DNA from: Styela clava
Taxonomy: Eukaryota
DNA length: 64,000 nt
Reading direction: 5' to 3'
Assembly (NCBI RefSeq): GCF_964204865.1
Contig: NC_135252.1
Span: 19,840,001 to 19,904,000, forward strand
The notes under the pieces are model-generated. The model saw only the letters and a program-made list of their open reading frames with translations, ran no database searches and had not been told where the DNA came from. Position 1 is the first letter of the stretch, and each line of letters opens with the position of its first letter. A program made the translations under genes and the position numbers. This document shows positions 48,986 to 63,080 of the stretch, one piece after another.

Positions 48986-50215
48986 ATGCAGTACGTCGGG
49001 TTTGACAAAACTTTAGCTGTGAGGAAATTTCAAGAATATCTTCGCATTAAAACGGATCATCCAAACCCTGACTACGAAAGGGCGAATGAATTTCTTATAG
49101 AATATGCTGAAGAGTTGCAAGTAAAGGTAAAACTAGTTCAAATCGGAGATGGGGAAAGATCGATAGTACTGATGCTTATACCAGGAAAACAACCAGAGCT
49201 GCCGTCTATTCTTCTCAATTCACACATTGACGTAAGCTGCGCGGATTATGTCAATTGGAAGCAAGATCCATGGTCCGCGTACAAAGATGATATTGGAAAT
49301 ATTCACGGTGTCGGGGCCCAGGACATGAAATGTGTTGGTATTCAGTATTTAGAAGCTATCAGGATTTTGACACTTTTAAGAAAAGAACGTTTTGAACGGA
49401 ACATTTATATTTCGTTTATTCCTGATGAACAAATCAACGACGGTTCATTGGGAATGACATTATTCATTCAAACGCAGGAATTTAAAAACATGAATGTAGG
49501 TTTCGCTATGGATGAAGGTTTAGCCAATCCTCTGGACCAATATTCAGTATACTACGGAGAAAAGATTCCGTGGTGGGTACGCGTCAAATGTCAAGGACAA
49601 GGAGGGCACTCGTCGAATCTAATAGGAGAGTCTGCCGCTGAAAAGTTTTCTCGTGTAATAGCATCATTTATGTCTTTTCGCAAAGGTGAAATCGAAAAAT
49701 TGAAAAACAATTCCACCTTGCGAGTAGGAGATGTCACGTCCATCGAACTCACCGTGCTTGGAGGTGGAGAACGCCCAAATTCGATACCTCCTGATTTTTC
49801 AGCCACGTTTGACGTCCGAATTCCACCCTCGGTTAACTTAACCGAGTTCGAAGAGATGTTAACCGGATGGTGTCAACAAGCGGGCAAAGACGTCACACTT
49901 GAATTTTTATACAAAGGGATGTGTCAGGTGACAACTCGTAGTGACGAATCTAGTCCATGGTGGATCACTTTCACTGAAGCACTTCGAGAAAATAATCTGA
50001 AGTTTTCTAAAGAAATTCACCCCGCATTTTCAGACGGTCGTTTTCTGAGGGAGATCGGTATTCCGGTAATTGGATTCAGCCCAATGAAAAATACTCCCAT
50101 CGCCCTTTTCACATCAGATGAATTTTTGAACGAGGATGTATTTTTGGATGGTATTAGGGCATACTGTGCCGTTATTAGTGCCGTTGCTAATTTGGACACG
50201 GAGTGGGCTTGCTGA
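48986..50215 (+). CDS. ACY1: Aminoacylase-1-like M20 metallohydrolase, intronless, atypical metal site
   Basis: 409 aa with ACY1 motifs FQEYLRIKT, SILLNSHIDV, GAQDMKCVGIQYLEA, GFAMDEGLANP, VYYGE, GDVTS, GFSPMKNTP. Confidence 0.9.
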   Translation: MQYVGFDKTLAVRKFQEYLRIKTDHPNPDYERANEFLIEYAEELQVKVKLVQIGDGERSIVLMLIPGKQPELPSILLNSHIDVSCADYVNWKQDPWSAYKDDIGNIHGVGAQDMKCVGIQYLEAIRILTLLRKERFERNIYISFIPDEQINDGSLGMTLFIQTQEFKNMNVGFAMDEGLANPLDQYSVYYGEKIPWWVRVKCQGQGGHSSNLIGESAAEKFSRVIASFMSFRKGEIEKLKNNSTLRVGDVTSIELTVLGGGERPNSIPPDFSATFDVRIPPSVNLTEFEEMLTGWCQQAGKDVTLEFLYKGMCQVTTRSDESSPWWITFTEALRENNLKFSKEIHPAFSDGRFLREIGIPVIGFSPMKNTPIALFTSDEFLNEDVFLDGIRAYCAVISAVANLDTEWAC

Positions 50216-50799
50216 TCATTTTCTACATTGTTTTCTCTGTTTTTGTGTTGGGTTGTTATTGCAAAAAAACATTTTCCATTCAACTAATTTACCCAGCCAT
50301 TTAATTTTGTTTATGCCACAGATATGCGTAATTGCAAGAAGACAATATGAATTTTCTTTTTTACCCCTATGGAGTCTTACGGTATCCGATATTTCACCCT
50401 ATGTTTTGTGAGTTTTTTATAATTCAATGCATTGCTTTGGCCAATTTAGTCACTTGATATTTGTGTCCACATATGGTACATTGCTCCCTCGTTTTCAATA
50501 AATATTGCTATTCGATACCATGAATTTACAATTTCATTAAATTGAATGTATATAATAAACTCATGCCTCATCGTACTTACTCTTTCTTTATGTTATTTGT
50601 TCATGTTATTATTATTATTGGATGAAACATCTTATAAATCACATTTGGTCAATTTTTGTGTTTAACATTGCAATGCACAATGGCAATACATGACTAAAAC
50701 AAACACGAGCAGTTCTAGATACCGTGTTGTGACCTCTGTAAAAAATTGATCAGAAGATAACCCTAAAGTGAGTTTATGCTATGGCGATGCGATCATAGT

Positions 50800-52095
50800 T
50801 GAATCCAACTTCTTAACCACCACGCCTCCACTACGCCCACAAATGAATTAGTCAATAGGCGTCGAGTACAAGTTATATGTCGGTTATAAGGAGCAAAGGA
50901 TGAATCCCACGGGACACGATCGCGGTTATATTATCATGGCATATGAATTCAAAAATGTTTGATGACGTCAATTTAGGTGGTAAATTTAGCCGCTGCATAA
51001 AACAAACAATGAAAAGCAAATCTAACGGTAGCAATGGCAAGATTATCGAGCCGCGACACCCGAAGTTCAATATCTAACTTAATTTGTAAGGAAATTACGT
51101 TTTCAGAACACTTTTAATATGAATGGCTTTGGCACCTGAACCACATATAACATCCAAAAGACATGAAAATTATACGAGACGACCATAAATTGTACATGGC
51201 AACATCTCTAATCGAACCCACCAGATAATTTATGGGGATTACAGATTGACAGGCACTGAAATGTGTAAATTGATTGAGGTATACTAGTTGCTATGGTAAC
51301 GTGAAATCGATCAAGTGGAGCAGTTCAAATCGATCGAGTGGAGCAGTTCGGTCCGGGCATTGATATACACATGATGGGATGGATGATAATGAGAAGACTC
51401 AATAACTACAACCACGCACTACAGCGTACACTATATCCAATGAACTTAAACGCAGCAAGAAATATTATTTTAACCCTACAACGCAAAGTTTTTCTAGAGC
51501 GCTGTCATAAATTAAGGGAATGTCAGTCAGAACATTAAAACTGTGTAAAGGGCAAGCTATTTGAAAAATACTTGAGCTCCCAGCAGATTAGTTATGTTTG
51601 CAAAACCACAATTTCAACTGGAGGAAAAAGTTTGAAATAATTATGTAAAATATGTTGTGTTTGATGTATGAATCGACTAAGCCACTACATACAGATATTC
51701 TGCGTTATATGAATAATTCATACACAAGGGTGGCAAAGTTGCATAGTTTTTTTTATTTTATTTGCACTACGCATTTAAACGCCTTCGATTTAAACAAGGC
51801 TCTTTTGACACTTCTATACATCGATCTACTGAATATTCCGAAGACGTAATATGAAACTAGATTTTAACCAGTTCAATCCAACGCTTCAACCACCACGCCT
51901 CTACTACGCCTCTAAATGCATTAATCAATAGGCGTCGAGTATATGCCGGTTACAAGAGGCAAACGACGAATCCCACTGGACACGATCGCGGTTATATTAT
52001 CATGGAATATGAAGTATTTGGTGACGTCAAATTATGTTGTAACTAAAATCATTGTCAAAACAAACAATCATAAGCAAATACAAGTTTGGCGACGG
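50800..52095. repeat. Local direct duplication (~230 bp at 50800-51030 and 51870-52095)
   Basis: Shared AACCACCACGCCTC.ACTACGCC..AATAGGCGTCGAGTA..GGACACGATCGCGGTTATATTATCATGG. Confidence 0.8.
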
Positions 52096-53498
52096 TAAAA
52101 TATCCGTTTTCACATAACGGGACTACAAAGTTATGGTTTGCTTAATTTTAAAACTAAAATTGATCACTAATGGTAGCTAGCAACTGTCGCTGACGTATAC
52201 GCTAGGGTTTTCTATGTATAAACGATCGAACTCTCCCTTTTGCCATTGCTAATCTTGTGAATGACAAAATATCGTATTTTTATTGTGATGTTTTTTCCGG
52301 GAAATTAAGTCCTGTTTTCATCAATTAAATTATGGGACACAGTGGAGCAAGAAACTCGATAGTTAGAAAAATGTCAAATAATTTTCCACGTTTTACGACG
52401 GTTATTTTTATTTATAAAGCAATAAGACCTGATCGATTGTTTGACATTTTCCGTTTTTGACTCCCCTCTATGACCACTATGCACGGAAGTACACTGAAAA
52501 TCGAATTATCTTGAAGGTTTGATAAAGTTAGAAACCATTTGCAAATACGCCATAACATATTTCATTTGTTTCAGTCACCAAAATCTTTTAAATCTTATAG
52601 AGAAAACAAACCATAAGATAAAGCAACACAATCATTAAATATTACTACGATGTTTTCACTAACTGCGTGCCACAGAAGTCTTTGATTTCGATAATTGCGC
52701 ATATTGTCTGACTCAAAATATTTCCTTATGTCACTATGCGAAAATAAGACGAACACAAAATACTGTTTATAGAAATAACTAAATTAAAAATTTGATTCAA
52801 TTATCTTCTAGTTGATTATGACAGTCAATCAACTATCATATCATGCTTTCTATAAATGTGACAGGTTTATCCCGTGTGTTGTTTACCCTTTTGTTTTCCT
52901 GTTTGTTTTTGTGATTTGATTTTAATATTGCTCTGTTTGATGATGATTGACGCTGAACGTGAAGGCAAGAAGACATGGATGTCTGGCACGCTGTGACATC
53001 TGACAAGGCAGAGTCGTTTTCGTCTTCCGTGTGAGAAGGTTCTGTTCGAGTTATCATTGGCCACGTTAAATTGTAATTTTGATATTTGATGAACATCAAA
53101 GCCGCAGTCGAACCTCGGAACTCCTGATTTTAGCGTAGTGGATGTTTCGAAAAGATGGGGGAAAAAAGTTGCGACATAATAGTGACACAAATTTGTTTAT
53201 TTGGCAGGCAGAACTGGGTTTAATGTTGAATGAAGCACTGAATGAAAAAAATATATAAAACACAGGTATCGTGTTACCCATAATTGATGAATATAGCTTT
53301 CACGAGGCCGAAATTTGTAAAAAAATGAAAATTATAACTGCGGCGACAGAGATATTTTAAGGTTGGCTTCCGACAACTTACAACCATTCTACCATTAGAA
53401 AAAAGTATCTAACCAAAATTTGAAACTCGATAGCTCTTTTGCAGCGCATAGAGTTTTATTCAGAATAAGATATCAAACTTTTCTGACATTGTCTACAG

Positions 53499-53909
53499 CA
53501 GGGGTTCCCAAGCTTTTCTCAGGACGACCCCAAAGACAACTTTCAAGTGTTCAGTCCGACCCCAGGTCACTATATATATTTTTCATGAAATTTTAGAGCT
53601 TTTTTCACTGCACTTTTGAGTTTGGTCATATGGTGGTATTAAGTAAAATAAGCTAAAACCCAACAGTGATGTCACAATAAACACCTACATTTTCAATAAC
53701 AAAAGCATAGAGTGATGCCTATGGGCCTTTACATTAAGCCATGGTACAAACTGCTAAATTTAACATGGTTTGTCAAATTTTAGATGAGTTGTACCTCCAT
53801 CCTCTACCATACCTCAGCGACCCAACCGACCCCATGACCTGGTTGCGACCCTACCTATTTATTACTCCGACCCAATTTGGGGTCGCGACCCCTGGTTTTG
53901 GAACCCCTG
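53499..53909. mobile_element. hAT-type MITE
   Basis: TIR CAGGGGTTCC/GGAACCCCTG, perfect 8-bp TSD GTCTACAG, CGACCC subterminal repeats. Confidence 0.9.
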
Positions 53910-56900
53910 GTCTACAGGATAGCCTTGACTTTCACAAATTCTAAATACAACACTGCTTGTCGCAATTTATTCTGAAACTGGCGAACTTGCTAACGGCTAA
54001 AATTTCACCAATGATACCAAAATATTGAAATTGAAAAAAAAAAACTCAACTACTGTAAAGCCATTGATTCAAAAACAACAAGCAATAAACAACGGGAAGA
54101 AGAATTTATGAGTTTAGGATCACTTAACATTCAATTGTGTTGTGCTGATGAATAAATCTTAATTAAATAGTAAATGCATATAAATTTGCAAAATGAACAA
54201 CACAATGTCTATTTTAAGTCGTCCTCACCAGTTTATAGTGTCACCAAGAAGCGGTTTTCATCTTGAAATGAGTCCCTTGCAAAAGCTCTATGCCGCTTGT
54301 GATGCATGCATAGACACTTATATTCCTTAGTTTATATGATTTTTTTGCGTTGATTCATACTTTTGTAATGCCCAATGTGAGGTTATTCCGAGATATAAGT
54401 AAGAGATTTATCTGGTAAAGCATAAATACAAAAAGCATGATATTTCCAAGTCTTAAAACAATTATGAAGATAAAGCAGTTCGTTACATAATTAACTTTTT
54501 TTTAATGAACTTTTCATCGAATATAAAAGTAAAGCTTTCTTGAAAATCTTTAGAAAGTTGAAGAAATTTCATAATATACACTTGGGAAGATGCCATGAGT
54601 AGATGACCAATGCTGGCGTTCAAATATTCATCATCTAATTCAACGTAAACACTTCACCGGTAATATATCTGTAGACAATACGTTCAAACTCGTTCCAGTA
54701 GTCAGTATTTAGGATTTTATTTTCTCACCATACAGAAAATACACTTTATGCGAACAATAAAGAAAGAAATTCTAAGAATTTTGAATGTATCATTTCAAGG
54801 TAAAGGAAGACGCGAAAAACCAATACTGTTTGACAAGCTGTGACACCAGCGATTAAATCTAACAGTGATTAATACAGCAGAGAAAGTTCACAAAAAAAGC
54901 TAACCCTATACACAAAAAAATATGACTCCAAGCACAACCAAGTACGCTAACCATAGGAACGACATTCCATTTGAGTAACTAAAATAGTTCAAAACCGTAC
55001 AGTTTTTTTTTTATATTTGAGCTGTGTCTTAAACGCTTCGAATTGGCATTTTTTAACAATATAAAACAGTTCGAGTTATAAACTTCACGGTTTTTAGGTT
55101 TGTGCTGTATCTTAAACGCAACGGATTGAATTTTTAACGATAAACGACCATTGTTTTATACGTTATACCAAACATGATAAATGCTTGAATAACGCAGTAA
55201 CGAAATTAGCAAATTACTGATTATACCCATTTATTGTGATGGCTGCCCTCGTTTATTGACAACTCTATTCAATGTCCGGCGAGGTAGTAGACAGACAATG
55301 TATAACGAATGTCAAGTCGAGGTCGTCCTTTGGATTCGATTTTTATTGTTTTGAAAATTTTAAAATGGCGATGAAATGTTGAGTTAATTAATCTAACAAA
55401 CAAAATGTTCTATCATCTTGGATTCCAGTTTGTTAATTTAAACCACTTTGTATTTTGTTTAGACGGGTGGCAATATTCTACGGCAGGGGAACATAACCAG
55501 GCCCGCCAAGCCATTTAGTGTGAGCTTTGTCAACACTCAGGTTTTTCCCTATCCCGCGTAAAATTCTAATCCGATAGTTTGTTGGAAAAGGCGCTCACAT
55601 GAATATAAATACATAATGTTTTTTGCTCTTGTCGCTGCGTTAAATCATCCTCTGTTTTTTCCGGTGCATTTATCACTATAAGGCCAATCGATAGTCGCAT
55701 TCACTTCCCTTTCCTTTCCTGCTAAGTTTTTTTGTGTGGCCCGGCTATATGTCTGAAGTCTATAATATGGCTCGCAGATAAAATATGATGCGCACCATTG
55801 TTCTACAGTGTTTGCAGTTAGAGCGAAATTGCATCTTTATATACAATTTCGCGTCAACATCACGTATAAGATAAATTCCTTTGGGAGCCGATGGGTGTAT
55901 GGACAAGTAATAGTCATTGGGTGAAGTAATACATTATATAAATTTCAATCAGTTCTTGAATCAATAGGATATTATTAATATATGTTATAAATTCTTATTA
56001 CGAATGTTTAAGAACACTGAGAATAACAAATATTCTGCTCCAATTTGCGCAAAATATTTCATAAAAAAATAAAATAGAAGCCTTCTTGAAACGCGATGAA
56101 AAAATAATATAAATTTGAGACGATGGCGTAAGAACAGGAGCGATGCTGGCGTTCAAATTTCCAGCACGCATTTTTGCTAAATCAATTTACGAATCGACGT
56201 AATGCCGTATGAGACCATTTTTCTGATCTCATCATGAAGTCCGGCGTTAAACCCTTAATTAAATAAACAAACATTTGGCAGCATTGCTGACAACGAAACG
56301 TGATGGACTCGACTGTAAATATGACCTTTCGAGTCGACGCAATGTCTTTCACGATCTTTGTCAGTGACAGCGTAACCTTTTGCGTTGGGCGCATTTCAGT
56401 ATGTTATAGTTTCTACGGCGTTAATATTCTCAGTATTCTCTTGTTCAAACTGGTTTAATCCAGTATTCGGACAGTAAATGGTAACAGTGAACACGCGCAA
56501 CAGCGGATGCATAATATGATTTTTAGATTTATTGATATGAAATCAGACTCTTGGAAACCATGCAATGCAAATCGTTTCTACAAATACACGAAATGTATAA
56601 CTATCTGATGCTGAATGTGATTCATATGTCAACGATAGAGTTTGCTGTCATTAATCAACAACCACGGTTGTGATGCCATCTCACGTTTAACAAGATTTCA
56701 ATTGATTTTTTGCAATATTAGAAGCGTCACACACATTAACAATATATCTTCAAAAAAAGTTCTTTAACCTTGTAATTATGTTTGTTCGCTCGACCCGCAG
56801 TTTGAATAGTTGTAGCTGATATGATCTGTAATTTTTTCCGTGTGGCATGTATTTTACATAAATTCCACAACATAGGATATTTTTAAAAACTACAATTTAT

Positions 56901-59754
56901 CTAAGTATTGAATTATTGTTTTCGGCTTATGTTGAATACCTGTATTGTCTAGGGAGTTGCTTTTAGTCTTGCGCATTTAATTCTGATAATTAGAAGCGAC
57001 ATTACTCATAATAATAAAATATCAACCTGTCGACATTAAACAAGTGGTGGAATTCGTGCGAACCCGTTCTTTAAATAACAGCGCAACCGTTTTTTTTAGT
57101 TCGGTATCGTTTTCTGAAATCAGGGAGTCTTTTGTTAGCAAGTTCGATACAAAAAAGCACTTGTTCTCAATATTTTGAATACCATCATTACATATAACTA
57201 TCAAACCCAAAGGGATATAGACACCTTTACTAATTCGATTATATAACTAATTTTTGTTAAATTAGAGCATAGTAAAGTCTAAAAATTCTGCAAAGTGTTA
57301 GATAAAAGCGAATTGTCAATAAATATTTCCTTTTTGTAACCCACAAAACCGCGAGCAAATGCCAATCATCGACATATACGGGAATATCTCTGTCAGCTTT
57401 TCCTATGATCTACCTATGTTACCAATTATATGTATGTATATACCAATCAATCAATGCGATAATTGCACTTTAAATCTAACAGCGAATAATAACAAATCAA
57501 GTGACAGGAAACGTCTAGGAATCTTATCACAATTCAACATTTACAATTAAAGCAACCTCATCTCAACAACTCACCAAATTTAACTTCTCATTTCTACCAA
57601 ATGACCATTTCCAATTTGGTTAACCGTCTATTATTGTAATAATTGAATAAATTATATATATAAGGAAACCTAATAATTTCAAAAGAAAATGATCATTAAT
57701 TGCGTAGCAAGTTCAATTATACCGACAAACTCAGTGGGTATTTAAATATATTTTCGAACATCATACATATAATAATATATACTAAGATTTGATTAGAAAC
57801 TTGCGTAACCCCTGAACTGTACGGGTGGAACCCTAGGATGGCGCGGAACCCTGTTGAAAACCACCGAGTTTAATATTTTTGTTATTAAATATCTGCGAAT
57901 TGCTAAAATGTATACTGTATGCAACGCGTTTCCAAATTCATGCTAGTAAGCATTAACTTCAACAGTAAAACATTGGGTCCCTGAGGACCACGATTCATAC
58001 AGTTCACTTAATAAAATCAACGTGCGAGGTAACTTTGATTTGACGAATGCAACACGAAGCGAATGTTTTGACATACATAGATATTCTTATAGATTCCTGA
58101 AGATATTATAAATATAATGCTGTGTAATTTTGTTTACCTTGTAAATTGAAATGTCTTTTAGTTTAAAATATAGGCTCAGTCGCCTTCTGAACGGTCTAAT
58201 TCGTATTTATATTGGGTTGCCATATAGACAGCGAATTTGGCTTGAATGGAAGCTTCAATGTTTTATACATTATTTTATTCAGCTTCTTTGAGCTTTTAAA
58301 TCAATAGCTCGATTGCGGTATGTGACGAAGCTCGGGGAAGCACGCTGCAATACCTAAATTATTTTATTTTCACGGTGCATACACACTTTTAACGACACAA
58401 TAATCTTTTGAAAATAAACGAGAGAAATGTATAAAAATACTTCTCAGTTTGTCCGGGCTATTTAACAAGAAAAAATTGTTTCAATATAATACCCTCCCGA
58501 CTAAATTAACCAAACGAAATACATACCGGACAATACATACATTAACGATACATACCAAAACCAAAGGCACGTATACAATAACACATTCCGGCATGTGTGT
58601 ACTTGGAATTGCACTATTTTTCAGGTTATTATAACAAATGAATGTTTTTTGCGGCGTTATTCATTTAAAACTGGACCGAACAGCTGTGGGCTTTGTACTT
58701 CTCCATGGGTTCCGCGTCTATTCCAGATGTAACTTATCAAATTTAACCAGAATTAGAGCTTACCTAAACCATGTGTATTGTTTCATATATACATCAACTA
58801 TTTCTTGCCTATTTTACTTTTTACAAGCATTCGAAGATCCCTTCCCCAATTTCTTATAACGTGCAAGACTAATGTATTAATTTTGAATCGGATAAATCGA
58901 GAATTCCATTTATTCGTCTTCTGCAAATATTTGTGTATTGATATTGGGTGTTTAATTTAAAAACCCAAATTTACTTTCACCAACCAAAAGCCCAGTTAAC
59001 GACGATGGGTTTCTTTGCTTAGTGTACGCACGTTAATAATTTCATACACTATTACGTTCCACGCATTTATCAATGGTAAGGAATGCAATTGAATGTATAT
59101 ACTTACAAAATAAACCAATATTGTTTTTGGTCCCGTCTTTCTACAGTAACAGTAAACTCAAAGAGCAAATGACTTACATAAGATTTTACTTTATTCTTTT
59201 TACACAAGCTACCAAAATCGGCATCTATCTTTTACTCTTCATTTTAGTTTATCAAAAGAATTAATGATTAGTACAAATAATCCCAACATAATAAATAATG
59301 TTCATGTGAACTCTCTTATCAAAATGCTTGAGCTCAAAACTTCCAGAACAGTACGCATCAAAACAAAACACAGGGGAATTCCCTTATTTCAAAAAAAACA
59401 TAATGAAATGCCTTTGGCGCTAACTTGTGACCATGACTTTTACTTTTTAACGTGTTTAGACATCGCACAAGACAAGTCGGAAAACTTTCTAAAGAGTTTT
59501 TGTTTGAACTTCCGACTTCTTTATTTGTGGATATGATACGTTCAATGAAAAAAATCAACAACATGAGGTATGAAAATCCACAAAGCTAGAGAAATATGTA
59601 GAAGAATAATATTGCGACGACGGTGTGTCGCAAATGTTTAAATTTGATTTTTTTTTTATTATGGTACAATCACAACAACGTCTATCTCACTATGTTCGTT
59701 GTAATCATTGCTGAAGTATAAATATGTTCACAACATTAACATACATTCTAGTCA

Positions 59755-59863
59755 GACCTGCTGACGTATGCGCACCAAGATGGCGCACAACCTGAACTCA
59801 GGTTGTGTACCAGGTTAGGGTTCAGGTTGTGCGACATCTTGGTGCGCATACTTCAGGAGTACC
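59755..59863. mobile_element. Short palindromic MITE, same family as 38761-38870
   Basis: Inverted arms GTATGCGCACCAAGATGGCGCACAACCTGAA / TTCAGGTTGTGCGACATCTTGGTGCGCATAC. Confidence 0.75.
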
Positions 59864-60825
59864 CATTAGTCTAACTGCTTGAAATCTAACAAATAACAGA
59901 ACAGGGACAAGCTACTGTTTCTTATTTGAAGACTAACCTCGTTTGTATCAACGACCACATATTTTAAACAAATTTTTACTTTTTTCCTAAACATACTAAC
60001 ATAACCTATGATGTGTAGCAATATTTTCAATCCTACGGACTATATTCAAAAATTGATTTCCCACACAACAACTGGTTGATAAATTAATTAGTGTAGTTAT
60101 TACCGCAATAACAATAGTTGCATAAATATTTTTGAATATACATGAATAAAAACAAAATATTCAAATTAATATCGATTGCTTTCGCAAACAATTATAAAAA
60201 ATTGATTAAGATCAAGTGATTCATTATATACTTTTAAAAACTTACAACTCATGATTAGGTAGATTCAATTTTATTTTTTAAGCTGACAAGGAATGTATCT
60301 TTTAGATAAATGTTTTCAATATACATGTCTAACTCTGGAAAGTCACGAACCATTAACTTTCAAGGTTGAACGAGTGTGGAAAAGTCGCCAAAATCTTACT
60401 ACAATATGGGATCCTATAAATATTTGCATATATATATGTATTTGCTGCATTGATCAGGTGCCAAAGTTGTTGAACAAAAACGCAATCCAAATTGGATAAA
60501 TTACAATGTTATTTTATGTATATATATATATACAGGAAACAATCTACATTGATTTTGTTCTGCATATGAAATTTAGCCATCTAATGGAATTAGCATTTTT
60601 TTGTCTATTATTTTAATGACTTGAATCTGTTATTTATTAAGTGTGAATGTTGGACTGCTGTATGATAAAATCCTGCAGTCAATTCAAAAGTGTGTAGGAA
60701 TATGTCAAATATAAACTACGCTATATCAGTTTATTAAATACGCCCTAAATATTTATTTATATACATATAGTTCATAACTTGAGTGGGGAGCAAGCAAATC
60801 AAACTGAATTTAGTGGGTATGAGTT

Positions 60826-63080
60826 TTATAATGTCTGGAAGATAGATAGTCCACCAGGTAACTTGGCAAAGATTGGAAGGCAGATGTTTTTGAGTTTTTC
60901 CTTCATCCCGTTGGATTCACTAATTTCTGGATTCTAAAAGCAAGTAATAAATAGATATAAGGAGTCACTAAACGTTTTTATGTCATTTATTTAAAAAGAT
61001 GAGGTAAGTTAGATACTATAAAACAAAATTTTGTTCTTTTTAATGATCACAAAGATAAAGCATAATTATTATGTATTTAGAGATTTAAAAAATCCATATT
61101 TTAAACAAAATAAAATTTTACTCCTTTCATATTAGTCCATTCTAATATTTCCGTGCATTTTTCAAGCATGAGCTTTTTGTCGTGCATTGGCATTTCGAGT
61201 ATGAAATCAGGATCGTCGACTGAATGCTTGATTGCATACACAAAATCTTCAAGATCATTTCGAGCTCTATTTCGTGCTTTCCACTCTTCATCCTCTTTTC
61301 TAAGTTTTTCTGCTTCCTTTTTCTGTTATTAGTATCACAGAAACTAGTAATTCTAACCAAAAACAATTACCAATAACAAGTACAAACTAAACAACTCAAT
61401 ACATCACTTTAAATATAAACTTGAAATAGGCAATAAATTAGCAAACTAGTGACATACCATTCTATCAATTTCTTTTGCACTTAATCTTGCTCTGTTGTTC
61501 GAAATTACAATTTGATTTTCTTCGCCACTACTGATGTTACGGGCGCTCACAGTAAGTATTCCACTTTCATCAATTGCGAAGCATAACGAACACTTCTCTT
61601 CGCCTCTCGGCTTCGGTGGAATATTATCAACAATGAAACTCCCAAGGAAATGATTATCTTTAACACGTGCTCTCTCCCCTTCGTAAATCTAAAAAAACAA
61701 ATATCTGGTAATTATGTTTTATGCTGTCAAATATTATAGCTCATTTCGATTGTTATTAGAAATTACTTTGCTTATATAAAGGAAAATACAGGAAGATCAC
61801 GATCTGGGAAAGATTGTCATCGCAGTTCTTGTTGTATAACAAAAACATCTGTATTATTGTGAGTAAGGCGTAGCAAAATATTTTATCTCATGCATGCAAA
61901 ACCAAGGCGAAACAAAACTACTACAGAATAATTTCAAAATTGTTTTATAACTATATTAAAGAATATTAAAAAAACTCTTACTATAAACGACAATGATGTT
62001 TGATTATCTCCTGGTGTAGTCAGTCCATGGACTGTCTCAATGATGGGTATTTTGGTATTTCGTTGCAGTACGATATTCATTCCTCCCCCATAATTTTCCC
62101 ATCCAATTGATAGGGGCAACACGTCACGAAGATCAATTTCTTTAAACTAAAAATGCTGCAGTATCATTTACGAATCCTGACAAGGTACTGAATTTTTGTC
62201 AATAAAGTTCGTCGGTTCGTCCCCCCTTATTAATTGCCCAGAAGTTGTTGTAGTACTCTGAAGGATTCCTAAATTGCGCGTATTCATTCAGTCTTTGCTT
62301 TGCGCGCTTTTCACTTCAGACATTTTTGTTTCTCTTAGCTTAACAATTCCGCCCAACTTGTGTTCTATCTTTTATTTTCTTAATAAATTTGCAGTAACTG
62401 CGCACAGAGTATCGATATTCAGATCTTAGCGTCTTCTGATTCATTGGCAAACACCGCACTGTGGGATCGCGACGTTTTTTCGTCATGACGATCGTGTTTT
62501 GGATCATCAGCCTTACGAAAAAAATTTCCTACAATTCATAGAGGAAATATGTTTGGTGACAGAATCAGTGTTCATTTTTGGGATGATCAAAGCATTTTTC
62601 AAACATAGCTTTCCTTCTCGCCGATTTTCTTTATACTGCATTACGAAATGCCATGGATACATTATTTTCAGACGCAGTTTTTTCGGTGGGAAAGGACATT
62701 AAATCTGATTAGCAAGAACCGGCACTGGTTATATATATGAAATAAATATGAAACAAAATGGGTTGATAAGTTACATTATAATTGAGATTTGTGGAAAAAA
62801 ACTCTCACTCGACCCTGATCAAATGTATATAAGGATGAACAGTACTTTTGGACGTAAAATGAGAGAAATGTTTGAAACATTAACTCTATGTATAACAACT
62901 TACGTCAGACATAAACTGTGTATCATTGGCCAGTTTAGCTGCTAAAGCTCCTGCACCATACGCTACAGCTTCATCAGCATTAATCTTCTTATCTATAACT
63001 TTGCCACCAAAAAGTTTTTTCAAAAGTTGCTGAATTTTTGGAATCCTTGTAGATCCACCAACAATTACAACGTTGTCAAT
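60826..63080 (-). CDS. Divergent HSP70-family protein, 3' part (5' exons not found in the window)
   Basis: Exons 63080-62904 ([24 protein letters not shown]), 62146-61982 ([19 protein letters not shown]), 61688-61458 ([34 protein letters not shown]), 61322-61122 (helical lid) and 60933-60826 (..[19 protein letters not shown]), all phase 0 and open. Confidence 0.92.

Noticed and set aside
51120-53300. Exon-like stretches with coding-like composition
   Set aside because: Multiple stops in all frames and no family recognised.
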